From a virus: 43,096 bases of DNA. Location of the stretch: positions 1 through 43,096 of the IMG/VR virus record IMGVR_UViG_3300045988_016231, one strand, 5' to 3'. Under the pieces are notes generated by a model. The model searched no databases and was not told the origin of the DNA. It saw nothing but the letters and a program-made list of their open reading frames with translations. A program made the position numbers and the translations under genes. Below are positions 24,240-31,236 of the stretch, in pieces; the first letter of the stretch is position 1, and every line of letters begins with the position of its first letter.

Positions 24240-24315
24240 ATCAAGCCTAATTGCCTACTCAGTTAGGTTTGCCAGCCTCGTCAGATGGTCCTAACACCTG
24301 GCGGGGCGTTTTTTA
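24240..24315 (+). ncRNA. Candidate ~75-nt antisense small RNA
   Basis: It begins downstream of the promoter above. It ends in a 9-bp stem (24276-24284 / 24298-24306, with G-U pairs valid on the plus strand) followed by a T6 run (24309-24314). Confidence 0.4.
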
Positions 24316-24480
24316 TACTTGCTCTGGATACGCCCGGTCCACCAATTCCCGCAGCTCTATGAAATCAATGCTGTGGTCATGGGCCGCTCGCTCCAGGATC
24401 AGCTCCTTCAGTTTTGGCCCAGCGCCTTCTAAGGCCCGCTGGTAGTCCTTAAACTGGTAGCCATTTGTAATCATTTTCAT
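24313..24480 (-). CDS. Small hypothetical protein (55 aa, below the ORF-track cutoff)
   Basis: MKMITNGYQFKDYQRALEGAGPKLKELILERAAHDHSIDFIELRELVDRAYPEQV, with Shine-Dalgarno AAGGAGGAACAGC. Confidence 0.45.
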   Translation of the reverse strand: MKMITNGYQFKDYQRALEGAGPKLKELILERAAHDHSIDFIELRELVDRAYPEQV

Positions 24481-24584
24481 GCTGTTCCTCCTTGTATTCC
24501 GTCCCGCACCGTGCTAAAATACAAGGTACAAGGACTTGTCCTGTTCTTCCGCCCTCATCCGTGCGCTACCACGGGTGGGGGCAA

Positions 24585-24932
24585 TTATTTTGTTGCTGAC
24601 AAAGCCGCACTCAAAATAGTCTGTAAGCCGGATAGTCTTTCGTTTACGATTCGCTCAATCCCATCCACCGCCAGCTCCTCAACCTCCCGAAGCTTGTAAG
24701 TAGGCAGGTCACCCCGTTTGTACTTCACCAGAAGCCCCGGCGAGATGTTATAGGCCCAGCTTCCAGTTTCCTGATTCTGTACCCCGAATCCGAATGGTGC
24801 CCTCTGCTCCTGGAGTGCTCGGTACAGGGTAGGCGTGGACCACCCGATGAACTGGGCCGCCAAATAGGCCGGAACATTGGCGTGTGATAAAATCTCTTCT
24901 TCGCTGATTGGTGAGGTTTCTCGTTTCTTCAT
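24585..24932 (-). CDS. Putative DNA-binding (HTH) early protein
   Basis: 115 aa MKKRETSPISEEEILSHANVPAYLAAQFIGWSTPTLYRALQEQ... Strong AGGAGGAAACC Shine-Dalgarno. Confidence 0.5.
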   Translation of the reverse strand: MKKRETSPISEEEILSHANVPAYLAAQFIGWSTPTLYRALQEQRAPFGFGVQNQETGSWAYNISPGLLVKYKRGDLPTYKLREVEELAVDGIERIVNERLSGLQTILSAALSATK

Positions 24933-24974
24933 GGTTTCCTCCTTTCTGATCGTTTTATTGCCGCTTCCTTCATA

Positions 24975-25003
24975 TTTACCTCCGTTTCCTGTCGTGGTAT
25001 ACT
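24975..25003 (+). promoter_or_regulatory. Extended -10 promoter for the 25026 gene
   Basis: TTTACC, 17-nt spacer, then TGgTATACT. Confidence 0.45.
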
Positions 25004-25025
25004 GGTGGAGAAGGGAGGTGATTTT

Positions 25026-25490
25026 ATGGATAGATGCGCCCATATCTGCACAAACGGGCATGTACTTATCACAAGGGCTCCGATAGATGGAAAAGAATTT
25101 TGTGAAAAATGCGGAGCGGAAATGATTGATAAATGCCCATCATGCGGAGAGTTTATAAGAACGTGGTCATACGGTGGCGCTGTACTTGGAAATCCAAAAT
25201 ATGAAAGAGCCGCATTTTGTAAAAATTGCGGGTCCCCTTATCCGTGGACAAAATCCGCCATGGATGCCGTTGCTGAATTACTTGAGGAAGAAGAGCAACT
25301 TGACGATCTACAACGTAGCAAACTGACTGCTTCACTTTCAGACATTGTTTCAGAAACTCCAAAAACACAAGTCGCAGTAGTTCGTTTCAAAAAAGCCTTG
25401 CTCTCCGTCGGGCAATTCACAGCAGAAGGTCTGCGCCAATTCGCTATTGATTTCGGATGTGAGCTTGCAAAAAGTCAATTAGGTCTTTGA
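25026..25490 (+). CDS. DUF2321-like zinc-ribbon protein (lysogen-expressed cargo candidate)
   Basis: 154 aa MDRCAHICTNGHVL...CEKCGAEMIDKCPSCGEFI...CKNCGSPYPW. Shine-Dalgarno GGGAGGTG. Plus strand. Confidence 0.6.
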   Translation: MDRCAHICTNGHVLITRAPIDGKEFCEKCGAEMIDKCPSCGEFIRTWSYGGAVLGNPKYERAAFCKNCGSPYPWTKSAMDAVAELLEEEEQLDDLQRSKLTASLSDIVSETPKTQVAVVRFKKALLSVGQFTAEGLRQFAIDFGCELAKSQLGL

Positions 25491-25661
25491 CTTCTCCACC
25501 ACAAAGAGCCTGTAACCGGGGCACTTCTCCTGCCCGCAGTTATATGGCTCTTTTTTTATCCAGCAGTCGCACACTTCTTTTAGCTTTGTACCGCAGGACT
25601 TGCAGAAGTTCGCACGATCCGGATTTTTGGCCCGACATGATGGGCATTCCATCCCTCTCAC
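25479..25661 (-). CDS. Small double zinc-ribbon protein
   Basis: 60 aa MRGMECPSCRAKNPDRANFCKSCGTKL... Confidence 0.5.
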   Translation of the reverse strand: MRGMECPSCRAKNPDRANFCKSCGTKLKEVCDCWIKKEPYNCGQEKCPGYRLFVVEKSKT

Positions 25662-25687
25662 CCCCTCCCCCTATTCACTGTCCCGTT

Positions 25688-25903
25688 TTATTGGACAGAT
25701 TCTTTGCTACCATCTTCTGCAAGAAGGTCGTCTACGGTGACGCCAAAATAGTCGGCGACCTTTTTTATGTGTTCAATTTTTGGGCTGTTCCCGTCTTTCC
25801 AATTTGTAATCGTAGAAATATGAACCCCAACTTCTTTTGCTAATTTGTACGAACTGATGCCACGCTTTTGCATCAAATCACACAAATTTGTTGCGTAGCT
25901 CAT
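25688..25903 (-). CDS. Cro-like XRE HTH regulator (first gene of the early operon)
   Basis: 71 aa ...MQKRGISSYKLAKEVGVHISTITNWKDG... Divergent from the repressor gene. Confidence 0.75.
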   Translation of the reverse strand: MSYATNLCDLMQKRGISSYKLAKEVGVHISTITNWKDGNSPKIEHIKKVADYFGVTVDDLLAEDGSKESVQ

Positions 25904-25921
25904 TTTTTCACCTCCAAATCC

Positions 25922-26072
25922 TTTACATTTTTAGTCTAATGTGCTAGACTGTATTTAGTTCTCCCCAGAACAATTATTCTATCTATCGCATTAGACTTTA
26001 TGTGCTTATTATAAGCCTTATCTGTCTAATGCGCAAGACCTTTGTGTTCAAAATATCTAACAAATTAGACAG
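25922..26072. promoter_or_regulatory. Divergent promoter/operator region of the lysis-lysogeny switch
   Basis: Operator-like sites share GTCTAATG(C/T)G / TTAGAC: 25933-25950 (palindrome AGTCTAATGTGCTAGACT), 25987-25997, 26024-26039 and 26064-26072. The minus-strand promoter is TTGCGC (26036-26031), 17-nt spacer, TATAAT (26013-26008). The plus-strand promoter is TTTACA (25922-25927), 17-nt spacer, TAGACT (25945-25950). Confidence 0.6.
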
Positions 26073-26081
26073 GTGAAAATT

Positions 26082-26441
26082 ATGAATATCGCACAACAAT
26101 TAAAACATCTGATGAAAGAGCGAGGACTAAGTAGCTCTAAACTTGCAAGAGAAATTCATGTTCATACAAGCACAGTATCCAATTGGTTAGATGGTAAAGA
26201 CGTTAAAACTGAAAACCTTGCTGCTCTGTGCGAATATTTTGGATGCTCACTAGACTATCTAGCTGATTCGACAGCAGAAACAAAAAAAACGCCCATCCCG
26301 GAGGGTGAGCGTGAGATAGGATTTGACGATTTCACTTATGCATTTTATGAAGAGTCCAAAGATCTCCCGGAAGAGAAAAAGAAAATGCTTCTTGATATGG
26401 CCCGATTTATGAAAGCGGATTTAGAAAAAGAGAAAGGGTAA
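26082..26441 (+). CDS. cI-like XRE-family repressor
   Basis: 119 aa MNIAQQLKHLMKERGLSSSKLAREIHVHTSTVSNWLDG... It is followed by an ImmA-like gene. Confidence 0.75.
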   Translation: MNIAQQLKHLMKERGLSSSKLAREIHVHTSTVSNWLDGKDVKTENLAALCEYFGCSLDYLADSTAETKKTPIPEGEREIGFDDFTYAFYEESKDLPEEKKKMLLDMARFMKADLEKEKG

Positions 26442-26447
26442 TGGCCT

Positions 26448-26876
26448 ATGGACAGGCTCTTGGCGCTTTATCAGAAACTTAGCAAAGCTGGGACTAGATT
26501 CTATATATGGGATTTGGAAAAAGATAAAGCCGTCACTTTAGAAGTAGACGGAACTTACGGAATATTTATGGACTTCGATAATATCACTTCTTCCTCCGAA
26601 GAAGCTGTTGTCGTTGCTCATGAAGGAGGTCACGCATCCACAGGAGCCACACACAAGGTATGCAGTCCATTTGACTTAGTAGAGAAACATGAGCACAAGG
26701 CATGGAAGTGGGCCATCAAAAACTATATATCCGAAAATGATTTAGACGATGCTGTCGCAAGCGGATATACAGATATTTATTCTCTGGCAGAACATTTTTG
26801 TGTGACCGAAGATTTTATGAAAAAAACTGTTTGTTGGTACACCCACGGGAATTTAGCAACCGAGCTTTATTTTTAG
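26448..26876 (+). CDS. ImmA/IrrE-family metallopeptidase-like protein
   Basis: 142 aa. The motif VVAHEGGHAST is an HExxH variant. Downstream pattern EHKAWKWAI...LAEHFCVTEDFM. Gene order is repressor then protease. Confidence 0.6.
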   Translation: MDRLLALYQKLSKAGTRFYIWDLEKDKAVTLEVDGTYGIFMDFDNITSSSEEAVVVAHEGGHASTGATHKVCSPFDLVEKHEHKAWKWAIKNYISENDLDDAVASGYTDIYSLAEHFCVTEDFMKKTVCWYTHGNLATELYF

Positions 26877-26923
26877 TGACCATACCGTCGGAGGGCGGAA
26901 TAGATAAAAAGGGGATTGAAGAA

Positions 26924-28138
26924 ATGAACAAGCGAAAACATCTTATTGCTATCGTAATGTCCGTGGTCCTATGTTTAGGTCTATCTACACAAACTCTGGC
27001 TGATAGCCCTTCTTTTGCAGATGTGCCCACTAACCATTGGGCATATACTTTTGTGGATAACGCCGCAAAGCAAGGATGGATTGCCGGTTACGATGACGGG
27101 ACTTTTGGTGTGAACGACCAAGTGACATACGCTCAACTGTCAACTATGCTGGTCCGTGCTTTCTATAACGATGAGTATGAAAGCTATGACGGCCCAAATG
27201 ATACTTGGTATGCGGCTTTCTGTGGTGTGGCAGATGCCGCCGGCCTCCTTGATGGGACCAATGCAGAGGGAAAACTTCAAGATGGGTCTATCCTTAATCA
27301 GCCCGTAAATCGTTATGATATGGCCCAGATGATGTATAACATCTTGGTTACTGAAAATGTCAAGCAGGAATACAACGAGGCTTCTGTTCAGAGCGGGATT
27401 GCTGATTGGAATAGTATTCCCGAAAAATATGGACAGGCTGTAATGGGGGCTGTTTCTGCTGGGATTATTTCTGGTGTCGACGATCAAGGGACGTTTGATG
27501 GAAATAGTCTCATGACTCGTGGACAGGCCGCAGTTGTGATGACCCAAGTAAACGGAATCGTTTCTGGTTCTACGCAAGCTGACACACAACTTTATGAGGT
27601 AACTCGTGTAATCGACGGAGATACAATCGAAGTAAATTATAATGGAACACTCGAAAAAGTCCGTCTGATTGGCGTTGATACTCCAGAAAGCGTCCATCCA
27701 GATAGTTCGAAAAACACCGAAGCCGGTATCCTTGCTTCTGACTATACAAAAGAAAAATTAGAGGGCAAGTGGGTTAAACTAGAGTTTGATGTGCAGCAGC
27801 GTGACCAGTATGGACGTCTGTTGGCCTATGTTTGGGTCGATGGAAAGATGTACAATAAAACTCTCCTTGAAGATGGAGTTGCAAATCTTGCTACATATCC
27901 TCCCAATGTAAAATATGTTGATGACTTTAAGGCTATCGTAGAATCTAGGAATCAATCGGAAGAGGATAGCCCTAACAAAACCAGCGGTGTTTATGTTGGC
28001 AGCTTAGAATCTGACAAATATCATTATCCTGATTGTAGACATGCACAAAGCATCGATCCTGAAAACGAAATCTGGTTTGATACCGAAGAAGAAGCTATTT
28101 CTGCTGGATATTCTCCTTGTGGAGTTTGTAAGCCATAA
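26924..28138 (+). CDS. Secreted SLH-domain-anchored staphylococcal-type nuclease with a C-terminal Cys-rich metal-binding module
   Basis: 404 aa. Signal peptide MNKRKHLIAIVMSVVLCLGLSTQTLA. Three SLH-like repeats (FADVPTNHWAY...). SNase motifs RLIGVDTPE and DQYGRLLAYV. C-terminal YHYPDCRH...CGVC. Confidence 0.8.
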   Translation: MNKRKHLIAIVMSVVLCLGLSTQTLADSPSFADVPTNHWAYTFVDNAAKQGWIAGYDDGTFGVNDQVTYAQLSTMLVRAFYNDEYESYDGPNDTWYAAFCGVADAAGLLDGTNAEGKLQDGSILNQPVNRYDMAQMMYNILVTENVKQEYNEASVQSGIADWNSIPEKYGQAVMGAVSAGIISGVDDQGTFDGNSLMTRGQAAVVMTQVNGIVSGSTQADTQLYEVTRVIDGDTIEVNYNGTLEKVRLIGVDTPESVHPDSSKNTEAGILASDYTKEKLEGKWVKLEFDVQQRDQYGRLLAYVWVDGKMYNKTLLEDGVANLATYPPNVKYVDDFKAIVESRNQSEEDSPNKTSGVYVGSLESDKYHYPDCRHAQSIDPENEIWFDTEEEAISAGYSPCGVCKP

Positions 28139-28212
28139 CAAAACTTACTTTCCCTATATTATATGTTTCGGCCCTGCCGCTGTGGGATATTATATTTTTG
28201 AGGGATACCGCC

Positions 28213-28419
28213 ATGGCATATAAATCACCTGAAACAATCGTAATATGTGGTCGTTGCCTCTCTGACTGCCCGCCTATTGGGTATGATAGTCGGTTTAATG
28301 TATTCAAATATGATTATTCCCAGCCCTGCCAGAAATGCGGTGCCAAAGAATGGTGTGCCCATGATGTCAGGCGGGACCGGAAAACAGGTTGGCTCTTAGC
28401 GGAGAGCGAAAGAGCCTAG
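28213..28419 (+). CDS. Small zinc-ribbon protein
   Basis: 68 aa MAYKSPETIVICGRCLSDC...CQKCGAKEW... Shine-Dalgarno GAGGGA. Confidence 0.45.
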   Translation: MAYKSPETIVICGRCLSDCPPIGYDSRFNVFKYDYSQPCQKCGAKEWCAHDVRRDRKTGWLLAESERA

Positions 28420-28454
28420 CGGCCAAATCCGCCGACGTATTCGGATTTGACATG

Positions 28455-28488
28455 AAAAAACCGCCCCGGACTCCTACCTCCGGGACGG
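28455..28488 (-). terminator. Minus-strand intrinsic terminator with no minus-strand gene upstream (insulator-like)
   Basis: 10-bp stem 28461-28470 / 28479-28488, with a G-U pair possible only on the minus strand. The U6 run corresponds to the plus-strand A6 at 28455-28460. Confidence 0.4.
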
Positions 28489-28591
28489 CAACGTGCAAAC
28501 GAACCCTAAACCACTAAATCCAAGGCACCTTTGCGCCCTTTTATTGTATCATACTGGGGCCACGGGTGCAACCATAAAAAGGAGGAGCACC

Positions 28592-29641
28592 ATGAAGCGA
28601 GCAAATGGGACCGGAACTGTGGTCAAACTATCCGGTAACCGGAGCCGTCCATACTGTGTCAGGATATCCCAGCGAGATAAGCGTGGATATGTGATCCAAA
28701 CAGCCGTCAGTTACCACGCAAAGGCCGCCGAGGCACAGGCCGCCCTGGATGAATTAGTCAAGAAAATCCAAGCTGGGAATCATATCAGCGCCGATACAAT
28801 CAATACGACATGGGGGCAGGCTTATGAGATATGGTCCGCTCGAAAGTACAGGATAGCTGGACCTGCCTCCGTGGCATCCTATAAAGCCTCTTGGAGCCGT
28901 GTAGGGGCCCTAGCTGGCCGGAAGGCCAGGAGTATTACTATTGATGATCTCCAGGCTATCATTGACCAGGATGCGGCGGATGGTATGTCCAGCTCGTCCA
29001 TTAATAACGACTGCATCCTTATCAAAGCTCTGTTTAAATTTTTAATGGAACGTGACATTGTTGCGAAGGACTACTCCGCTTTTATTCAAATCCCAAAGGT
29101 CGGCCCTAAGCACACGAAAGGAGCCTTTGACGACCTTCAGATGGCAAGACTGGAGAAGTTGGCTAAAGATGGCTTTCCATGGGCTGATACGGTGCTTATG
29201 CTCTGCTATACCGGCCTCCGTATCAACGAGTTTTTGTCCCTCACTCCATTCAACTTTGATCCAGACACAGGATGCTTAACTGGCGGCAGCAAAACTGAAG
29301 CTGGGAAGGGTAGGACCGTTCCTGTTCATCCAAAAATCCGTCCATACTTTGACCGTTGGATGGCAGATCAGGCAGATACTATTATCCATCAGGACGGAAA
29401 TCCCGTATCAGACAGATGGTATCGGGCCTCCGCATTCAAAGGTGTCATGGACGCTCTGGGGGTGCCTGATGCCACACCACACTGGTGCCGCCACACATTC
29501 GTAACCAGAGCTAAAATAGCTGGGGTGGATGAGATGGCCCTAAAGTTCATTGTCGGACACTCCCAGCGGGGAAATATCACCGCGCAATACACTCACCCGG
29601 ACCCCGCCTGGCTTGCCGCCGAGATGGCAAAAATTGCGTAA
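28592..29641 (+). CDS. int: Tyrosine recombinase / phage integrase
   Basis: 349 aa from MKRANGTGTVVKLSGNRSRPYCVRIS... Catalytic-region patterns LCYTGLRINEF, HWCRHTF, VGHS...YTH. Shine-Dalgarno AAAGGAGGAG. Confidence 0.9.
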   Translation: MKRANGTGTVVKLSGNRSRPYCVRISQRDKRGYVIQTAVSYHAKAAEAQAALDELVKKIQAGNHISADTINTTWGQAYEIWSARKYRIAGPASVASYKASWSRVGALAGRKARSITIDDLQAIIDQDAADGMSSSSINNDCILIKALFKFLMERDIVAKDYSAFIQIPKVGPKHTKGAFDDLQMARLEKLAKDGFPWADTVLMLCYTGLRINEFLSLTPFNFDPDTGCLTGGSKTEAGKGRTVPVHPKIRPYFDRWMADQADTIIHQDGNPVSDRWYRASAFKGVMDALGVPDATPHWCRHTFVTRAKIAGVDEMALKFIVGHSQRGNITAQYTHPDPAWLAAEMAKIA

Positions 29642-29664
29642 AAAATAATCACCAGAAACCAGGC

Positions 29665-29696
29665 GTTAGTAACGGGTTAGTAACACGGTTAGTAAC
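29665..29696 (+). repeat. Three direct GTTAGTAAC repeats (a fourth copy lies at 29868-29876), candidate integrase arm-type sites
   Basis: Copies at 29665-29673, 29676-29684 and 29688-29696, with 11-12 bp phasing, immediately after the int stop. Confidence 0.6.
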
Positions 29697-29707
29697 AAAA
29701 GTCGGGA

Positions 29708-29738
29708 AAGTGCTGATATACCGGCACTTTTCTTTTTT
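29708..29738 (+). terminator. Integrase terminator
   Basis: AAGTGCTG / CGGCACTT stem (one G-U pair) followed by TTCTTTTTT. Confidence 0.7.
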
Positions 29739-29739
29739 G

Positions 29740-29764
29740 AAAATTTAAGAAGTTCTTAAATTTT
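29740..29764. promoter_or_regulatory. 25-bp A/T-rich perfect palindrome (12-bp arms), candidate attP core element
   Basis: AAAATTTAAGAA-G-TTCTTAAATTTT, read directly, in the AT-rich spacer between the arm-type repeats. Confidence 0.4.
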
Positions 29765-29879
29765 TAATCGATTATCTTCATATATCGAGAGCAAAAGTTA
29801 TCTTCCAGTTTATAAATTCTCATTTTAGTCAACTTTTTTTGCCACATCATATCACACAAAATCTTGCGTTAGTAACAAA

Positions 29880-29904
29880 TCCGCCCTCCTTTTGGGAAGG
29901 CGGA
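29880..29904 (-). terminator. Terminator of the minus-strand accessory operon
   Basis: 10-bp stem, with a G-U pair only on the minus strand. It is followed by UUUGUU, just downstream of the stop at 29910. Confidence 0.6.
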
Positions 29905-29909
29905 CTAGT

Positions 29910-30257
29910 TTAGAGGGCCCGAATTTTCCGCATAACACCTTCGTAGACACGTGGGTTTACTGTGTGGAGCGTGTCCATCAGGTCATCCATGATGGACCAC
30001 GCCGCTCTCTGATCTCTGCCATACACGCTACGCAAAAAATCGCTGTCCCCGTAGTCATCAACTACCGAGTATTCCTCAGAAACTGCCGGTGCGGCGGAGT
30101 AAGATGTCTCATAGGTCGCCGGACGTTCCTGCCGGTCCATGCGGTCCCTAATCGTGTATAGGTTTGCTAACTTTTGGTATGCTGGGTAGCTGGATTCTCC
30201 GTATTCCAGACGGGCAATCTCAATGTCTATCTCCTTGCGGTCAAGCATGGGGGACAC
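29910..30257 (-). CDS. Hypothetical protein
   Basis: 115 aa MSPMLDRKEIDIEIARLEYGESSY...AWSIMDDLMDTLHTVNPRVYEGVMRKI. Last gene of the operon. Confidence 0.5.
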   Translation of the reverse strand: MSPMLDRKEIDIEIARLEYGESSYPAYQKLANLYTIRDRMDRQERPATYETSYSAAPAVSEEYSVVDDYGDSDFLRSVYGRDQRAAWSIMDDLMDTLHTVNPRVYEGVMRKIRAL

Positions 30258-30263
30258 CCCCTA

Positions 30264-30686
30264 TCAGTCTCGGCCCAGCTCGCTCATAAAACGGCGGATT
30301 GCTTCACGCTCTCGGTCAGTGGTGGCATTTTCCATCATCTCACGAGCCTGTTCCATCATAGCCTCTTTAGCATCATGGCGGCTATACCCTCCATCTCTGC
30401 TATAGTCACCACGGTTGTTATAACCGTCTCGGCTATAGTGGCCTCGAACATAGTGCTTACCACGATTAGCATAACTGGAGCCACGATTATAGGAGCCGCG
30501 TCCCTCCCAGTCGCCCGCCTCAGAGTAGCCACCGTCCTCCTCCAGAGCGCAGATTTTATCGATGTTCTTGATGGTATCAGTCAGTTTGTGGACGGTCTCC
30601 AGATCACCAGCAGACATTTCAGGCTTGCGGGCAATCTCGTCCAGTTCGTCCTGGAGCTTATCCTTCAGCTCGTATAGTGCTTTCAT
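30264..30686 (-). CDS. Hypothetical protein with helical ends and a central R/G/Y/S-rich repeat region
   Basis: 140 aa ...HKLTDTIKNIDKI...GSSYANRGKHYVRGHYSRDGYNNRGDYSRDGGYSRHD... Confidence 0.5.
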   Translation of the reverse strand: MKALYELKDKLQDELDEIARKPEMSAGDLETVHKLTDTIKNIDKICALEEDGGYSEAGDWEGRGSYNRGSSYANRGKHYVRGHYSRDGYNNRGDYSRDGGYSRHDAKEAMMEQAREMMENATTDREREAIRRFMSELGRD

Positions 30687-30700
30687 AGTATCCTCTCCTT

Positions 30701-31132
30701 TCAGGCTACACGCTCAACAATGAAGTTACTGTTGGCTACTAAAATAGGCTGTGTACTGGTGTTTTTTGCGGCAACAGTGACACAGCAGCCACGGGGGACA
30801 TCTACCACAGCGGAGACATAGATATTAAAGAAATTCTCCACAGCGGCAGGGGTAACAGTGGCGGTGGATGCGGTCAGCGCCTCACCATTGATGGAGATTG
30901 CCGCAGTGATGGCCTCCACGGTCCCGCCGTCAGGGATGGCGATATTCGCGCCAAAGGAGACTTTGAATTTCGCCCGACACTGGTTCGTAAGCCCACGAAG
31001 AGTCACCAGTCCAGCACCCTCCCGGTGTACGATGCAGGGCTTGCTCGTGTTGGCCTCTTCGGTAAAGGGCACGTTCTGACCAGCGGCAACGGTTACGATT
31101 GCGCTATTTGTGTACTCGGCCAAAAAAATCAT
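30701..31132 (-). CDS. Beta-rich small protein with a Cys-Cys pair (possibly BclA-C-terminal/C1q-like fold)
   Basis: ~143 aa ...AIVTVAAGQNVPFTEE...ISINGEALTAS...VPRGCCVTVAAKNTSTQPILVANSNFIVERVA. Start uncertain (ATG 31132, TTG 31141 or TTG 31123). Confidence 0.5.
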   Translation of the reverse strand: MIFLAEYTNSAIVTVAAGQNVPFTEEANTSKPCIVHREGAGLVTLRGLTNQCRAKFKVSFGANIAIPDGGTVEAITAAISINGEALTASTATVTPAAVENFFNIYVSAVVDVPRGCCVTVAAKNTSTQPILVANSNFIVERVA

Positions 31133-31140
31133 TCCTTTCA

Positions 31141-31173
31141 AAAAGATTAGCGGCGAGGCTATTGCCCCGCCGC
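31141..31173 (-). terminator. Internal intrinsic terminator/attenuator
   Basis: 10-bp stem GCGGCGGGGC/GCCUCGCCGC (31150-31173) with an AAUA loop, then UAAUCUUUUU. Confidence 0.55.
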
Positions 31174-31236
31174 ATGGTTCAAAATCGGCACGGGGCCGAA
31201 CAGTCCGAATTTATCGGACAGTTGATGTATTGGGTT

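Noticed and set aside
28420-28591. Possible tRNA or small RNA upstream of int
   Set aside because: There are only two simple hairpins (28432-28455 and 28461-28488). No T-loop (GTTCRANYC) or acceptor-stem pattern is visible. No tRNA-like cloverleaf was seen anywhere in the window.
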